Positions 44,829 through 54,920 are shown, counted from the stretch's first letter. The stretch: DNA of 64,000 nt from a bacterium (GCA_021812345.1 JAKANP010000001.1:54979-118978); one strand, 5' to 3'. Numbers and translations are program-made. Notes: generated by a model not told the origin, from the letters alone.

Positions 44829-45524
44829 TTATAAATTAAGATATTTATCCCATCTGCGATAAATTTCGGCGGTGGCTTTTAAATCTCTCAGATTGTATTC
44901 CGCTACATCCAAAATTTTATTTTCTTTATAAAGAGCGGTAACATTATCCCCTGTTACCCCCTGTTCTTTGGGGCTTTCTACTCCGAATGCTTTACTCCAC
45001 ATATGCAAAGGAAAATGATTTCTTGTCGCTCCATAAAAAGTAAGCTGATCGGCTAAGTCTATGTGTTTGGCGCCAAATTGTTGAGAGTTCAGGTATCTAT
45101 TTGAAAGAAGATTTTTTGACGGTCTGATTCCAAATATTGCCGAACGAACTTCCAAAAAAGGGACATCAAACCCTCTTCCATAAAAAGAAATAAAAACGCC
45201 GTATTGTTTTATTATTTCCCAAAATTTTTCTAAAATTTCTTTTTCACTCCCCTGCTCTAAAATTATTCCATCTCCGATTTCTTCGGGTAGTTTTATATTA
45301 TTATCGTTTCTTAGCAATATTCTTCCCTGATTGGTTTCGGGGTTTAACATTCCAATTACCACAATTTCTCCGGTTAATGGATAAAAACTTGTTCCGTTTT
45401 TTGCTTGAATTTCATCTTCTTCGCTTTCGGCATATTTTAGAAGATGTTCTTGGGACATCTTATCCAAAGATTCAAAATCATTGCCTATGGTTTCCACATC
45501 AAAAACTAATTTTGCATTTGACAT
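44829..45524 (-). CDS. DEDD-type 3'-5' exonuclease (RNase H-like fold, PolB-exonuclease/YprB-like)
   Basis: Exo I motif FDVETIG at the N-terminus. Downstream acidic/Tyr motifs (YGRGFDVPFL, H....D) are consistent with DnaQ-like exonucleases. Confidence 0.62.
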   Translation of the reverse strand: MSNAKLVFDVETIGNDFESLDKMSQEHLLKYAESEEDEIQAKNGTSFYPLTGEIVVIGMLNPETNQGRILLRNDNNIKLPEEIGDGIILEQGSEKEILEKFWEIIKQYGVFISFYGRGFDVPFLEVRSAIFGIRPSKNLLSNRYLNSQQFGAKHIDLADQLTFYGATRNHFPLHMWSKAFGVESPKEQGVTGDNVTALYKENKILDVAEYNLRDLKATAEIYRRWDKYLNL

Positions 45525-45589
45525 ATTGGTTTATTATATACTATAATGGAAAAAATCAAAACATTATTTTTGATTTTATTTTTTAATTT

Positions 45590-45862
45590 ATGGCGCATAC
45601 TAAACAGCTCGGTTCAACTAAGTTGGGCCGAGAATCAGAATCGAAAAGATTAGGAGTTAAACGTCAGCAAGGACAAAAAGTCAATGCCGGCGAAATTTTA
45701 ATCAGACAAAGAGGAACAAGATATCTTCCCGGTTTTAACATAAAAAAAGGCAAAGATGATACTCTTTATGCCGGCAAATCCGGCGTTGTCCAGTTTAAAA
45801 AAGTTAAGAAAACTAACTTCAACGGCAGACCGAGATATGCCACTCAAATCAGTGTAAAATAA
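45590..45862 (+). CDS. rpmA: 50S ribosomal protein L27
   Basis: [25 protein letters not shown]... is the L27 signature. Confidence 0.88.
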   Translation: MAHTKQLGSTKLGRESESKRLGVKRQQGQKVNAGEILIRQRGTRYLPGFNIKKGKDDTLYAGKSGVVQFKKVKKTNFNGRPRYATQISVK

Positions 45863-45865
45863 AAA

Positions 45866-45896
45866 ACAGCCTGAAAATAATCGGCTGTTTTTTTGT
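45866..45896. terminator. Bidirectional Rho-independent terminator between convergent rpmA and rplI
   Basis: acagcc-N11-ggctgt followed by TTTTTTTG. An A-run lies upstream for the opposite strand. Confidence 0.5.
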
Positions 45897-45899
45897 TTT

Positions 45900-46373
45900 T
45901 TATTTTTTAGGCAATACCTCTATTTCTATTTGAATATTTTTACCGATTTCCCCTCTGCCGATTTTGATGAATATCTTTTTATTTCCTAATTCTTTAATGG
46001 GTTTGATGTCCAATCCGATATCGTTTTCGTCTATATTTTTTAAGCCATTGCTTTTTGCAAAATCTAATATTTTTTCTTTTATATGAGAATCATGAATAGA
46101 TGAAAAAATCTGGTTATTTTCTCCGGTTTTAATTTCAAATTGAAATTTTTGTCCGGATATTTTTTTGGCAATATCCGATATTTCTTTCTTCTTTTCTTCA
46201 AAAATTCTTATTTCTTTTTCCTTTTTTTGTTTATTTTCAATAATTATTTGAGAGCTGGCTATTTTCGCCAGATTTTTTCTTAGAAGAAAATTTTTCGCGT
46301 ATCCTTCGGAAACTTCCACAATTTCTCCCTTGTGTCCGATTTTTGGGACTTCGCTTAAAAGTAACACTTTCAT
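45900..46373 (-). CDS. rplI: 50S ribosomal protein L9
   Basis: MKVLLLSEVPKIGHKGEIVEVSEGYAKNFLL is the L9 N-domain signature. Two-domain, 157 aa. Confidence 0.85.
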   Translation of the reverse strand: MKVLLLSEVPKIGHKGEIVEVSEGYAKNFLLRKNLAKIASSQIIIENKQKKEKEIRIFEEKKKEISDIAKKISGQKFQFEIKTGENNQIFSSIHDSHIKEKILDFAKSNGLKNIDENDIGLDIKPIKELGNKKIFIKIGRGEIGKNIQIEIEVLPKK

Positions 46374-47660
46374 TTATTGAATTTTTTTATCAATTATTTT
46401 TACCGATTGTTGAAAAACATAATCCGAATTTAAATCATTGCTATAACTGCTTTTGAGTTCGTTTGCTGTAGATGTCGATTCATTTGAGGCAATCGCAATG
46501 TCCGGAGTGATTCCGTTTTTATCTATTTGATTGCCTTTGGGAGTAAGCCAATGAGCAATTGTTAATTTCATCATTGAACCGTCGGAAAATGGGATTAATT
46601 CCTGGACTGTTCCTTTACCAAAGCTTTTTTCTCCGACAGTTATTGCCCCATTATCTTCTTTAAGCGCTCCGGCAAGAATTTCCGAAGCCGATGCCGATCC
46701 TTTATTTATTATCACGAGAGTTGGAGTTTTATCAAAAATTGAAGGTCCTGATGAATTAAAAACATTGTTGTTCTTTATATCTCTAAACTCCTCGGTGACA
46801 ATAGTTTTTCCTTTATCCACAAACCAACCTCCGATGCTTACTGCGGCATCCAAATATCCTCCGGGGTTGTCTCTTAAATCGATAATAATGCCTTTGGCAT
46901 GATTAGCGGAAGCTTGCATTGCCGCTTGATAAAATAAATAAGGAGATTGTTCATAAAAATTATAAATTCTTATGTAAGCAATTGTTCCATTTGGATCTTT
47001 TTTCCCGTTACTGTTTATCATTTTAAAATCAATTGTCGGAACATTTATGATTTGTCTGGTTATTGTTATATCCTTCGTGTTGTTCCATCCGTTTCTTAAA
47101 ATTGTTAAAGTCACTTGAGTCCCCTCTTTGCCTCTTATCTTTTTAACAGCTTCATCAACCGACAATCCCGATGTGACTTGATTGTCTATTTTCAAAATCA
47201 AATCTCCCGATTTTATTCCGGCATTGTAAGCCGGAGTTCCATTTATTGGCGCGATGACAACTACTTGTCCTTGTTTATTGGCTCCGATTTCCGCTCCTAT
47301 TCCTCCAAACTGGCCTGTCATATCTTGATTAAATTGACTCGCGTCTTGTGGAGGAAAGAAAACGGAATAAGGATCTCCAAGCGAAGAAACCAGTCCGGAC
47401 GCTGCTCCATAAATTAATTTTTGATTGTCTTCGGTTGAACTTTGATAAACGTATTTTGATTTTATCGTATTCCAAACATCCCAAAAAGTTCCGAAATTTC
47501 CTGTGCCGGGCTGATTTATATTACCCACTCCTTCAACTGTTATATTTCTTGTTTGTTCGTTTCCTTTAATAAAACCCAAATAATAAAAACCGCCCATGAT
47601 GGCAACGGAAATTATTGATATTGCGGTAAAAATCCCCGCCTCTTTTATGTGTTTTTTCAT
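46374..47660 (-). CDS. ctpA: carboxyl-terminal processing protease (S41, PDZ-containing)
   Basis: N-terminal TM, PDZ (GIKSGDLILKIDNQ), and S41 catalytic region with GSASASEILAGALKE and catalytic K. Confidence 0.85.
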   Translation of the reverse strand: MKKHIKEAGIFTAISIISVAIMGGFYYLGFIKGNEQTRNITVEGVGNINQPGTGNFGTFWDVWNTIKSKYVYQSSTEDNQKLIYGAASGLVSSLGDPYSVFFPPQDASQFNQDMTGQFGGIGAEIGANKQGQVVVIAPINGTPAYNAGIKSGDLILKIDNQVTSGLSVDEAVKKIRGKEGTQVTLTILRNGWNNTKDITITRQIINVPTIDFKMINSNGKKDPNGTIAYIRIYNFYEQSPYLFYQAAMQASANHAKGIIIDLRDNPGGYLDAAVSIGGWFVDKGKTIVTEEFRDIKNNNVFNSSGPSIFDKTPTLVIINKGSASASEILAGALKEDNGAITVGEKSFGKGTVQELIPFSDGSMMKLTIAHWLTPKGNQIDKNGITPDIAIASNESTSTANELKSSYSNDLNSDYVFQQSVKIIDKKIQ

Positions 47661-47684
47661 ATATTTATATTATAAGTTATTATA

Positions 47685-48284
47685 TCATTGAAAAAAATTT
47701 GATTCAAATATGGGAACATAAAATCTTTCGCCGTCTTTTTGAATTGATTCAAATAAAAAAACAGAATGTGCATCAAATGAAAAATTTATATTTTCAGGAA
47801 ATGTATCTTCTATTTTCAGAATCTCTTCTTTCTTTTGTTTGTCGTTTTTTAAAACAAAACTCTCTTGCCATCGGTTGGAAAATCTGGCGACAGTCAGATG
47901 GGAATTTGTTTCATGTGTTTTATCATATTTTATCCGGCTGGAATCGAGCTCCTCTTTTATTTTTTTAGACAAGGATTTAATAAAAATATTTGTTTTCTCA
48001 TCCGTCAACAGCCAGATCATTTTAGGACTTGCCGCATCCGGAGCTATCTTTATATCGTTGATTGTAATTTTATCGGGTGCCATTTCTTTTGATATCTTAA
48101 TGAGTAATTCTTTTATTTTTAAGATGTCTGATCTGTCTGATTCTCCCAAAAACGCCAGCGTAATGTGAAGGTTTTCCTCTTTGGTAAATGACGCGAAATC
48201 TAACGAATCTTTGGCATAAGCAACGGCATTTTTAATATTATTCTTCGCAATATTTGGTAAATTTATGGCAATAAATGTTCTCAT
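47685..48284 (-). CDS. thpR: RNA 2',3'-cyclic phosphodiesterase / 2'-5' RNA ligase (2H phosphoesterase, LigT/ThpR)
   Basis: Two H-x-T/S-x motifs (HITLAFLG and SHLTVARF) in a 199-aa protein. Confidence 0.75.
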   Translation of the reverse strand: MRTFIAINLPNIAKNNIKNAVAYAKDSLDFASFTKEENLHITLAFLGESDRSDILKIKELLIKISKEMAPDKITINDIKIAPDAASPKMIWLLTDEKTNIFIKSLSKKIKEELDSSRIKYDKTHETNSHLTVARFSNRWQESFVLKNDKQKKEEILKIEDTFPENINFSFDAHSVFLFESIQKDGERFYVPIFESNFFQ

Positions 48285-48598
48285 ATTGATTTATAAAGTA
48301 TTTATTATATCATTAAAAAAATGCTTGAAAAAGATTATTTAAAGAAAATTGTTTCAAGAAAAAAACAGACGCATGTTTTTAAAGATTTTCAGCATACCGG
48401 TCTGGTGATTTCCGAAATGCTTGAAGATAAAAAAAATAAATCTTTATACATAAAATTAGCCAAAACCATCAGCAAACAGATATTAATTCCTATCGCCAAG
48501 GATGTTTCGGAAAGAAAAAACGTTGCCTCAAAAGGAGCTTATTTTATGAAATTGATAAAAGAAAAAGGAATATTTAACAATATAATTTCAAAAAAAAT

Positions 48599-49111
48599 AT
48601 GGTTAAAGAAGAAAACCAAAAAATCTGGACAACAGAAATTAAATCTCAAAAAGATTTTTTAAAAGGAAGAGCCAAAAAATTCGATTTTGCCGAATATTCA
48701 AAAAAAGATATAAATGATCTTATTCTTTTTATGAGAATGATGATGATAAAAAATCGCGGAGTGGGCTTAGCCGCTCCTCAAATCGGGTTAAATATGAGAG
48801 TTTTTGTCGCTCAACTTCCCAACGATGACGGATCCGGATATGTGGGAAAATTTTACGCGATATTTAATCCGGAAATAGAATCTATTTCCAAAAAATATAT
48901 TTCTGACGTTGAGGGTTGTTTGAGTGTTCCTTATTACTACGGGTCGGTCGAGAGAGCCGACAAAATAACAATAAATGGGTTTGATAAGAACGGCAGAAAA
49001 ACAAAAATCAAAGCCCAAGGATATTTGGCTAGAATATTTCAGCATGAAGTGGATCACTTGAACGGAATCTTGTTTTCCGACAAATCAAAAGATTTAAAAA
49101 AATATCAATAA
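48599..49111 (+). CDS. def: peptide deformylase
   Basis: GVGLAAPQIG, EGCLSVP and QHEVDHLNG motifs. Confidence 0.85.
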   Translation: MVKEENQKIWTTEIKSQKDFLKGRAKKFDFAEYSKKDINDLILFMRMMMIKNRGVGLAAPQIGLNMRVFVAQLPNDDGSGYVGKFYAIFNPEIESISKKYISDVEGCLSVPYYYGSVERADKITINGFDKNGRKTKIKAQGYLARIFQHEVDHLNGILFSDKSKDLKKYQ

Positions 49112-49112
49112 T

Positions 49113-49970
49113 ATGATAAGTTCCTCATTTGTTTTTTTTGGAAGTCCGAAATTCGCCAAGATAATTCTTGAAAAATTGGAAGAAAATAATATTATTCCAT
49201 CAATTTTGATATGCAATCCGGACAAACCTTTTGGAAGAAAACACGTAATAACTCCCCCTCCGACAAAAGAGTTTGTAATTAAAAAAAATCTTCCTATAAA
49301 AATTTTTCAACCTAATTCAAAAGAAGATTTGGTTAAATTATTTAAAAGCGGAGAAATTCCCGAAAATAAATTTGCGGTTGTAGCGGCCTACTCTAAAATT
49401 ATTCCAAAAGAAGTGATTGATTTTTTTCCGTTAAAAATCGTAGGCGTTCATCCCTCGTTATTACCCGCTTATAGAGGCGCTTCTCCCATCCAAAATGCTA
49501 TTTTAAACGGCGATAAAATTTTTGGAACATCAATCTTTCTGATTGATGAGAAAACAGACCATGGACCGATTTTGGCTCAAGAAACTATAGATTTATCGGA
49601 TAAATTGCCGAATTATGAAGAGCTTGAAAAAACTCTGGCATCATCGTCCGCAAATCTTTTGATAAGAAACCTCCCTCTTTTTGCGGAAAATAAAATAACA
49701 CCGAGTCCTCAAGATGAATTTAAAGCCACATATACAAAAAAATTTAAAACCGAAGACGGATTTGTGGACTTAAGAAAAGATAATCCTGAATTGGTTTTTA
49801 GAAAAATAAAATCTTTAAATCCGGAGCCGGGAGTTTATGCGATAATAAACGAAAAAAGAATCAAATTAATCGATGTAATAAAAATATCGGATAATAATTT
49901 TGTGATAACAAAAATTCAGCCGGAAGGGAAAAAAGTCCAATCGGCCGATTTAAAATTGCCTTTAAATTAA
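49113..49970 (+). CDS. fmt: methionyl-tRNA formyltransferase
   Basis: N-terminal formyltransferase domain with HPSLLPAYRGASPIQ and IFLIDEKTDHGPIL. C-terminal Fmt domain. def-fmt operon. Confidence 0.88.
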   Translation: MISSSFVFFGSPKFAKIILEKLEENNIIPSILICNPDKPFGRKHVITPPPTKEFVIKKNLPIKIFQPNSKEDLVKLFKSGEIPENKFAVVAAYSKIIPKEVIDFFPLKIVGVHPSLLPAYRGASPIQNAILNGDKIFGTSIFLIDEKTDHGPILAQETIDLSDKLPNYEELEKTLASSSANLLIRNLPLFAENKITPSPQDEFKATYTKKFKTEDGFVDLRKDNPELVFRKIKSLNPEPGVYAIINEKRIKLIDVIKISDNNFVITKIQPEGKKVQSADLKLPLN

Positions 49971-50545
49971 AAAAGTTTATTAAATCTTTCGGATACAACT
50001 TCCCAATTTATTGCTTTCATAAAAGCGCTTATGTAATCCGCTTTTTTTGTTCCGTAATCAATCATAAAAGCATGCTCAAAAACGTCTATGTTTAACAATA
50101 TGGGAAGTCCGGCCAGATGACCTTGATCGTGCTCATTAACCCAATTATTTATAAGAGAATTCGATTTATTGTCGTAATAAAGAATCCCCCAGCCTATTCC
50201 GCGGGATGACGCTATTGTTTTAAATTCTTTTTCCCATTGGTCAAAACTTCCAAAATCATCTTCTATTTTTTTATAAAGACCTGACTGTTCTTGTATTTTT
50301 TGGGAGTTTTTTGATAAAGATTCAAAATAATATTCATGCAGTCTCATTCCGTCAAATTCCCAGCCGAATCTTCTTTGCATCTCTGCGCGAGCCGGAGATT
50401 CTTGATTTACCGATTTTAATTCGTCAATCAGTTTATTGGTATTGCTTACATACCCCTGATAAAGAGCGAAATGAATTTTTAAAGCATTATCGCTAAAACC
50501 TTCCAAACCGAAAAGATTTTCAAAATTTTTAGCTTCGTATTTCAT
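49967..50545 (-). CDS. Fe/Mn superoxide dismutase
   Basis: HH..Y N-terminal helical hairpin motifs and C-terminal DVFEHAFMIDY metal-binding signature. Confidence 0.88.
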   Translation of the reverse strand: MKYEAKNFENLFGLEGFSDNALKIHFALYQGYVSNTNKLIDELKSVNQESPARAEMQRRFGWEFDGMRLHEYYFESLSKNSQKIQEQSGLYKKIEDDFGSFDQWEKEFKTIASSRGIGWGILYYDNKSNSLINNWVNEHDQGHLAGLPILLNIDVFEHAFMIDYGTKKADYISAFMKAINWEVVSERFNKLF

Positions 50546-50548
50546 ATT

Positions 50549-50854
50549 TTATTTATTAAATAAATTTTCTTGACTATCCGAGTCACTGCCTGAAATTTTA
50601 TCCGTGCTTGCATAAGATGTTTTTTTATTGGTTGATATTTTAAAGATGGCATAAATAGCGCAGAATCCGGTTACTGCCGTTACTAAAATTATTCCACCGA
50701 CAACCGCCATTAATATTCTAAGCCAGCTGGAAGATACCCAAAACATCGCTCCATAAAATAAAATTAAAGATAGAACGACTCTTATTATTCTATCGACTAA
50801 CCCTTCATTCTGTTTCATATTTTTTAAATAAATTAATTTAATTTTTATCGACAA
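50549..50854 (-). CDS. small membrane protein, DUF2892/YgaP-like
   Basis: GLVDRIIRVVLSLILFYG matches the DRxxR motif of DUF2892. Two TM helices. Confidence 0.5.
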   Translation of the reverse strand: MSIKIKLIYLKNMKQNEGLVDRIIRVVLSLILFYGAMFWVSSSWLRILMAVVGGIILVTAVTGFCAIYAIFKISTNKKTSYASTDKISGSDSDSQENLFNK

Positions 50855-50864
50855 TTGATTATAG

Positions 50865-50895
50865 CATAAAATAAAAACTCCGCTAAGTAGCGGAG
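50865..50895 (-). terminator. Rho-independent terminator downstream of the 353-aa membrane-protein gene
   Basis: ctccgct aagt agcggag hairpin followed, on the minus strand, by TTTTTATTTTAT. Confidence 0.5.
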
Positions 50896-50918
50896 TTGTG
50901 TGTAAAATTCGGTCAGAT

Positions 50919-51980
50919 TCAGGCTTTAGCCGGGTTTGTAACGTGAGAATCGGATGTGATGTTAAGCCATCTTTCGATAGCCATCGATACGGTTATCCCG
51001 ACGAGACTTCCCGTGATGGTGAACGTGATGTAAGGAGTCAACAGCATCAAAGACATTTGTTCGCGAGTAAGATATCTGAACGTCAAATACCAAATTCCAT
51101 TACTGAAAACGGAAGCAATTGCGTGATAAATAAAGTTATTTCTGCTTCTGGCCCGACTGATGAGAGCAAAACTGATATTCTGAGAAATTGCCAAAATCAT
51201 CAGAATGTAAGCTTGGTCGATGGTTTTGGATATAACCGCAAACAAAATACCGATCGTTGCCAATATTGATGCCGGAACCAGCGGAGAAACAGAATCCTTA
51301 TTTTTCAGATGAGAGTCGGCGGAAGTTCCCACCAATCTTTCGATGGTCATGGAAACTTTCTGCCCCGACATTCCTCCAAGAATCGATCCGAAAAGATACG
51401 GCGGGAAAAGGTCAAACGTCAATTTCGCCATAATTAACTCTCTCCACATAAAATACCACAGAACTCCGTCAACAATCGATATCAATGCATGATAAGTGGC
51501 ATTATTTGTGTTGCGTGAACGTCTTACAGCCGTAAAGCCGGCATCCTTCATGAAAGCCAGCGCCGCCAGCGTCATCAATGCCAAAGCGCTTTTTCTGGCA
51601 AGAATTATTGACAGAAGAATCAAAATTCCCATCATCACCAAAAGAAATACCTGAGCCATCTTTGGAGTTGAAGTATTCTTGTTTGGCTTGGTTGTTATAT
51701 TGAACAACTTTTCGATCTTCATTGAAAGCGCGGCTCCGCTTACGCTTCCAAAAACAGTAGCTACGGTGTATGGAACCCACAAAATCAAAGTCATGTTTTT
51801 ACTGACCAACATTTTTAATGTGGAAAAGAAGACAAGATTTGAAAGCAACATAGTAAAGGCGTAGTAAATAAAACTGTTTCTATTTCCCGCCCTGCTGGTT
51901 AACGAATAACAGGTATTCTGTATGTATGCCATTAAAACCAACAGCAAAACGAAAGACAGCGAAAGTGTCATCTTGTCCAT
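50919..51980 (-). CDS. polytopic membrane protein built from three internal repeats (each with S-R-x3-RN-x2-[FIY]-Y ... PY ... GS..G...SM.IE[RK][LW] motifs)
   Basis: Repeats are visible by eye around residues 20-95, 140-235 and 260-353 (LTSRAGNRNSFIYY / AVRRSRNTNNATYH / LISRARSRNNFIYH, and SMKIEKLFNITT / SMTIERLVGTS / SMAIERWLNITS). GC is elevated (~45%). Confidence 0.55.
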   Translation of the reverse strand: MDKMTLSLSFVLLLVLMAYIQNTCYSLTSRAGNRNSFIYYAFTMLLSNLVFFSTLKMLVSKNMTLILWVPYTVATVFGSVSGAALSMKIEKLFNITTKPNKNTSTPKMAQVFLLVMMGILILLSIILARKSALALMTLAALAFMKDAGFTAVRRSRNTNNATYHALISIVDGVLWYFMWRELIMAKLTFDLFPPYLFGSILGGMSGQKVSMTIERLVGTSADSHLKNKDSVSPLVPASILATIGILFAVISKTIDQAYILMILAISQNISFALISRARSRNNFIYHAIASVFSNGIWYLTFRYLTREQMSLMLLTPYITFTITGSLVGITVSMAIERWLNITSDSHVTNPAKA

Positions 51981-52063
51981 CCTGCCCTCCCCTTTTTCAA
52001 TTTTCTAATACATATTTAATATTTATATTAATTTTTTGTCAATGTTTTTTAATTAAAAATAAA

Positions 52064-52093
52064 TTATAAAAAAATCCCTGCTTTTGCAGGGAT
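52064..52093 (-). terminator. Rho-independent terminator downstream of the 935-aa gene
   Basis: atccctgc tttt gcagggat hairpin followed, on the minus strand, by TTTTTTT. Confidence 0.5.
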
Positions 52094-52112
52094 TAATGTT
52101 CTAGTAAAATCA

Positions 52113-54920
52113 TTATGCCGGATTAGGCAGGAATGATTCCCAATCCAATTTGGCATTTTCCTTAATAAATTTATGAATTTGATCGGCGGGAAGCACACGG
52201 ACAAGAATTGGCGCACTTTGAGGTCCCTCTGCCGGAAGTCCCACAAATGAGACTCCGGAACTGTTAGGAGGAAATCCAAGTTCACCGTACTGATCGGTAT
52301 GAACATCGGCTCCCGAGCTGTGATAAATCGCGTATCCGGTAATTACTGTTCCCGTAAAATGTTTGTCGCCAACCGTTTTCAAGGTTATGCGATGATTCAT
52401 AATTCTATTGTAATTACCGCGACGAATATCATTGCGAACCATATTAAGCAATGTGTCGCCCCAATTTACACCTTGACCGGTAGGAGTATCTCGAAAATCG
52501 ATGCCGTATTCATATCCATCCGGAATTTGGAACGTTCCCCACGCAATGTATTGATTTCCAAAGAGAGGAGATTTAATCGAATGCTCGATCCATTCCGGAT
52601 GATTTGCCCAATGAGAAAGAGCAAGCAACTTAGCCTTAAGGATCCGGGCATAAATGAACCCTTCCGTTATCGTTTTGTCGGTTGTCTTAAGAATATGATT
52701 TCCGGTTCCATCGCTGATAATACCAACGTCGCGACGGTCGAAATCGGTTCCATTAAAATCACTGATTCCCTTGACAATGAGTCCGGACTTTTTAGCCCGA
52801 CGCAAAACAGCATCAAAAAATTCAACACCTTCCAAAACAAGAGAATCGATAGCTTCCTCAATTTGATCTTGAGCCCAATGAATTCCTCTGTACCAAAGTT
52901 GTGTTAACATAAACCTTCGCGCTTTTTCAAAATAAAAACGCAACTTATCCGGATCACTTTCATTCATCGCTCTATCACTCATATCCATAAGCTTTTTCTG
53001 AATTTGAGTGTAATTCATAGCGCGCGGATCCGGTTGTTTGTGGTTCTCATAATGATGTCCGTGGACGCCATCGTCATTCATGGTAACGCTATGAATTGGC
53101 ATAGCATCATTTTCAAAAAGACCGTCACGTTCCATCATCTTAAAACTTGCTTCAGTAATACCGACAACTTTCCCGTTGGGCATACTGATTATTTCCCGCG
53201 AAGGAGAACCAATATGAGTATCGGTAATTTCTTCAACCCATATATATTTCGGTTTGGGAACCGTGATTCCTCTTGCTTTGCTTTCCTTAATTCGTATTGA
53301 TGTTTTTTGAAGAGACTCAGTAGACCAGACAACCGGTTGGAATTTTCCATCAACCATTTTAAGTGTCAAAACTCCACTTTCAAATTGCTCGTTAAGCATA
53401 GAATTCGAAAGCTTGTGAACTTTCCTGATGGTGTCGCGAAGAGTTCCTCTGATAAAACGCTTATCAATCGCAATCGGCGCGACAAATACCTGAGCCGAAC
53501 CTCGTTTTCCGTCCGCATCCACTTGGCGTTCCGTAGAACGATAGTTGACGGCAAAAGGATGGCAAATAACAACATTATCCGCCATGCGTTCACGAAGAAC
53601 CTTCGGACCGTAAGAATTGCAGTAATTAGCCAACAACTCGTCACTCGGATCGTCGTTTCTGGGAATATTAATCTCAATACTTTGGCCGTTGTTTCTCGCA
53701 AAAGTGCTTCCGATGCCGATAACCTTGGAATTCGGAATAGTTTCTTCGATTCTCTTGATCACGAAGCGCATTACTTTGTAGTAATAACGCTTATGTTCTT
53801 GAGATGCTATGTTTGACGCCGCAGTGCGAGCCAGTTCATTCGAAACAGATTCCAAATTTTTTCTCAACTCATCGGCTAGAGAATGATCTTTTTTGTTGAT
53901 TGCGTGAGCAATTTGAATTTCCAACAAACGCTTTTGAACGTTCAATTCGTTTTGAATCCGTCTCATAAAATACAACTCTTCCCAATAAGCGCCGGCGGCA
54001 ATAATTTCTTCATCTCTGTAACCAAGAACAACCAATATCTGTCCGTTGAACGTCGGGTTCTTTTTGGTGCCGACAATCTTGGACCAACCTCTCATGCTTT
54101 CGGTGAACAATTCCGCGGTTGTCTGAAACATTATCTCGTCATGCGGTTGTTTTTCGATGATTCTTTTTGCCTTTTCGGCATAATCACGATCGAGATCGTC
54201 AGGATTGACATTGCGTCCGGAAAGAAGAGCTCGAAGAACCTTAATCGGTCCGGCTGCTTTCTTGGTATCGATATCAAGAATGTTGGTCAAAATTATCGCG
54301 GAATGCTTATAATAGCAAGCAATTTCAAGCGGTTGGCGCGCAGGATTCTCGGATATTACGCTGCTGTAAGGAATTCCCAAATTGACTCCGTTAAGAAATG
54401 TGATAGCGGCAGGGCTATCGTCATTGTCTGAACGAATTTCAAACGGTTTGATAAATGTTCCGGTTTCGAAATGCAACGGTTCCCCGCTCATTTCGGAAAT
54501 TTCTTCGCCTAGTCGCAAGATGCCCTTAACAAATCCGGTAGAAGATGAATCTTTCCGTCCGATTGTATTGCCGTGCAGTTGATTCCACTTTCTTACAAAT
54601 AATTCATAAGGAATATATGAAACGGCAGAATAAACTTTATTCATTTCCAATCGATGACGAACGGCAATTTTAATTTCCGCAAGAACCTTGAAAGTCCATA
54701 TCAATTCGATAATCTTACGTTGAAAATTGCGTTTATTAAAATTATATTCCGGCTTTTTCAGATGTTCAGCAAATTCTTCCTTAATTGCCTCGTACAAATA
54801 GTCGATGCCTTTGTCTTTTAACGTGCCGTCATAAATTAATTTTTCGATTCGATCAATAAGTCCGGAAATTTTCCAAGTATCTTTCTTCTTCCTTGCGGAA
54901 ACTTCCTTCTTGGAGCTCAT
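52113..54920 (-). CDS. large (935 aa) two-part protein: unknown N-terminal ~550-aa region plus C-terminal calcineurin-like metallophosphoesterase domain
   Basis: Metallophosphatase motif I (WVEEITDTHIGSP, D-x-H), probable motif II (NDDGVHG), motif III (ISDGTGNHIL, GNH), and downstream His-containing motifs. No P-loop. GC is about 45% against ~35% background. Confidence 0.6.
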   Translation of the reverse strand: MSSKKEVSARKKKDTWKISGLIDRIEKLIYDGTLKDKGIDYLYEAIKEEFAEHLKKPEYNFNKRNFQRKIIELIWTFKVLAEIKIAVRHRLEMNKVYSAVSYIPYELFVRKWNQLHGNTIGRKDSSSTGFVKGILRLGEEISEMSGEPLHFETGTFIKPFEIRSDNDDSPAAITFLNGVNLGIPYSSVISENPARQPLEIACYYKHSAIILTNILDIDTKKAAGPIKVLRALLSGRNVNPDDLDRDYAEKAKRIIEKQPHDEIMFQTTAELFTESMRGWSKIVGTKKNPTFNGQILVVLGYRDEEIIAAGAYWEELYFMRRIQNELNVQKRLLEIQIAHAINKKDHSLADELRKNLESVSNELARTAASNIASQEHKRYYYKVMRFVIKRIEETIPNSKVIGIGSTFARNNGQSIEINIPRNDDPSDELLANYCNSYGPKVLRERMADNVVICHPFAVNYRSTERQVDADGKRGSAQVFVAPIAIDKRFIRGTLRDTIRKVHKLSNSMLNEQFESGVLTLKMVDGKFQPVVWSTESLQKTSIRIKESKARGITVPKPKYIWVEEITDTHIGSPSREIISMPNGKVVGITEASFKMMERDGLFENDAMPIHSVTMNDDGVHGHHYENHKQPDPRAMNYTQIQKKLMDMSDRAMNESDPDKLRFYFEKARRFMLTQLWYRGIHWAQDQIEEAIDSLVLEGVEFFDAVLRRAKKSGLIVKGISDFNGTDFDRRDVGIISDGTGNHILKTTDKTITEGFIYARILKAKLLALSHWANHPEWIEHSIKSPLFGNQYIAWGTFQIPDGYEYGIDFRDTPTGQGVNWGDTLLNMVRNDIRRGNYNRIMNHRITLKTVGDKHFTGTVITGYAIYHSSGADVHTDQYGELGFPPNSSGVSFVGLPAEGPQSAPILVRVLPADQIHKFIKENAKLDWESFLPNPA

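Noticed and set aside
48321-48662. 113-aa ORF upstream of and overlapping def
   Set aside because: It overlaps the def start by 64 nt and its K/I-rich translation has no motif. A full-length deformylase N-terminus is accounted for from 48599. It could be a real small gene, but the evidence is insufficient.
52299-54582. Several 60-200-aa plus-strand ORFs inside the 935-aa gene region
   Set aside because: They are antisense to a long uninterrupted ORF whose own frame carries recognisable catalytic motifs. Elevated GC inflates random ORF length on the opposite strand.
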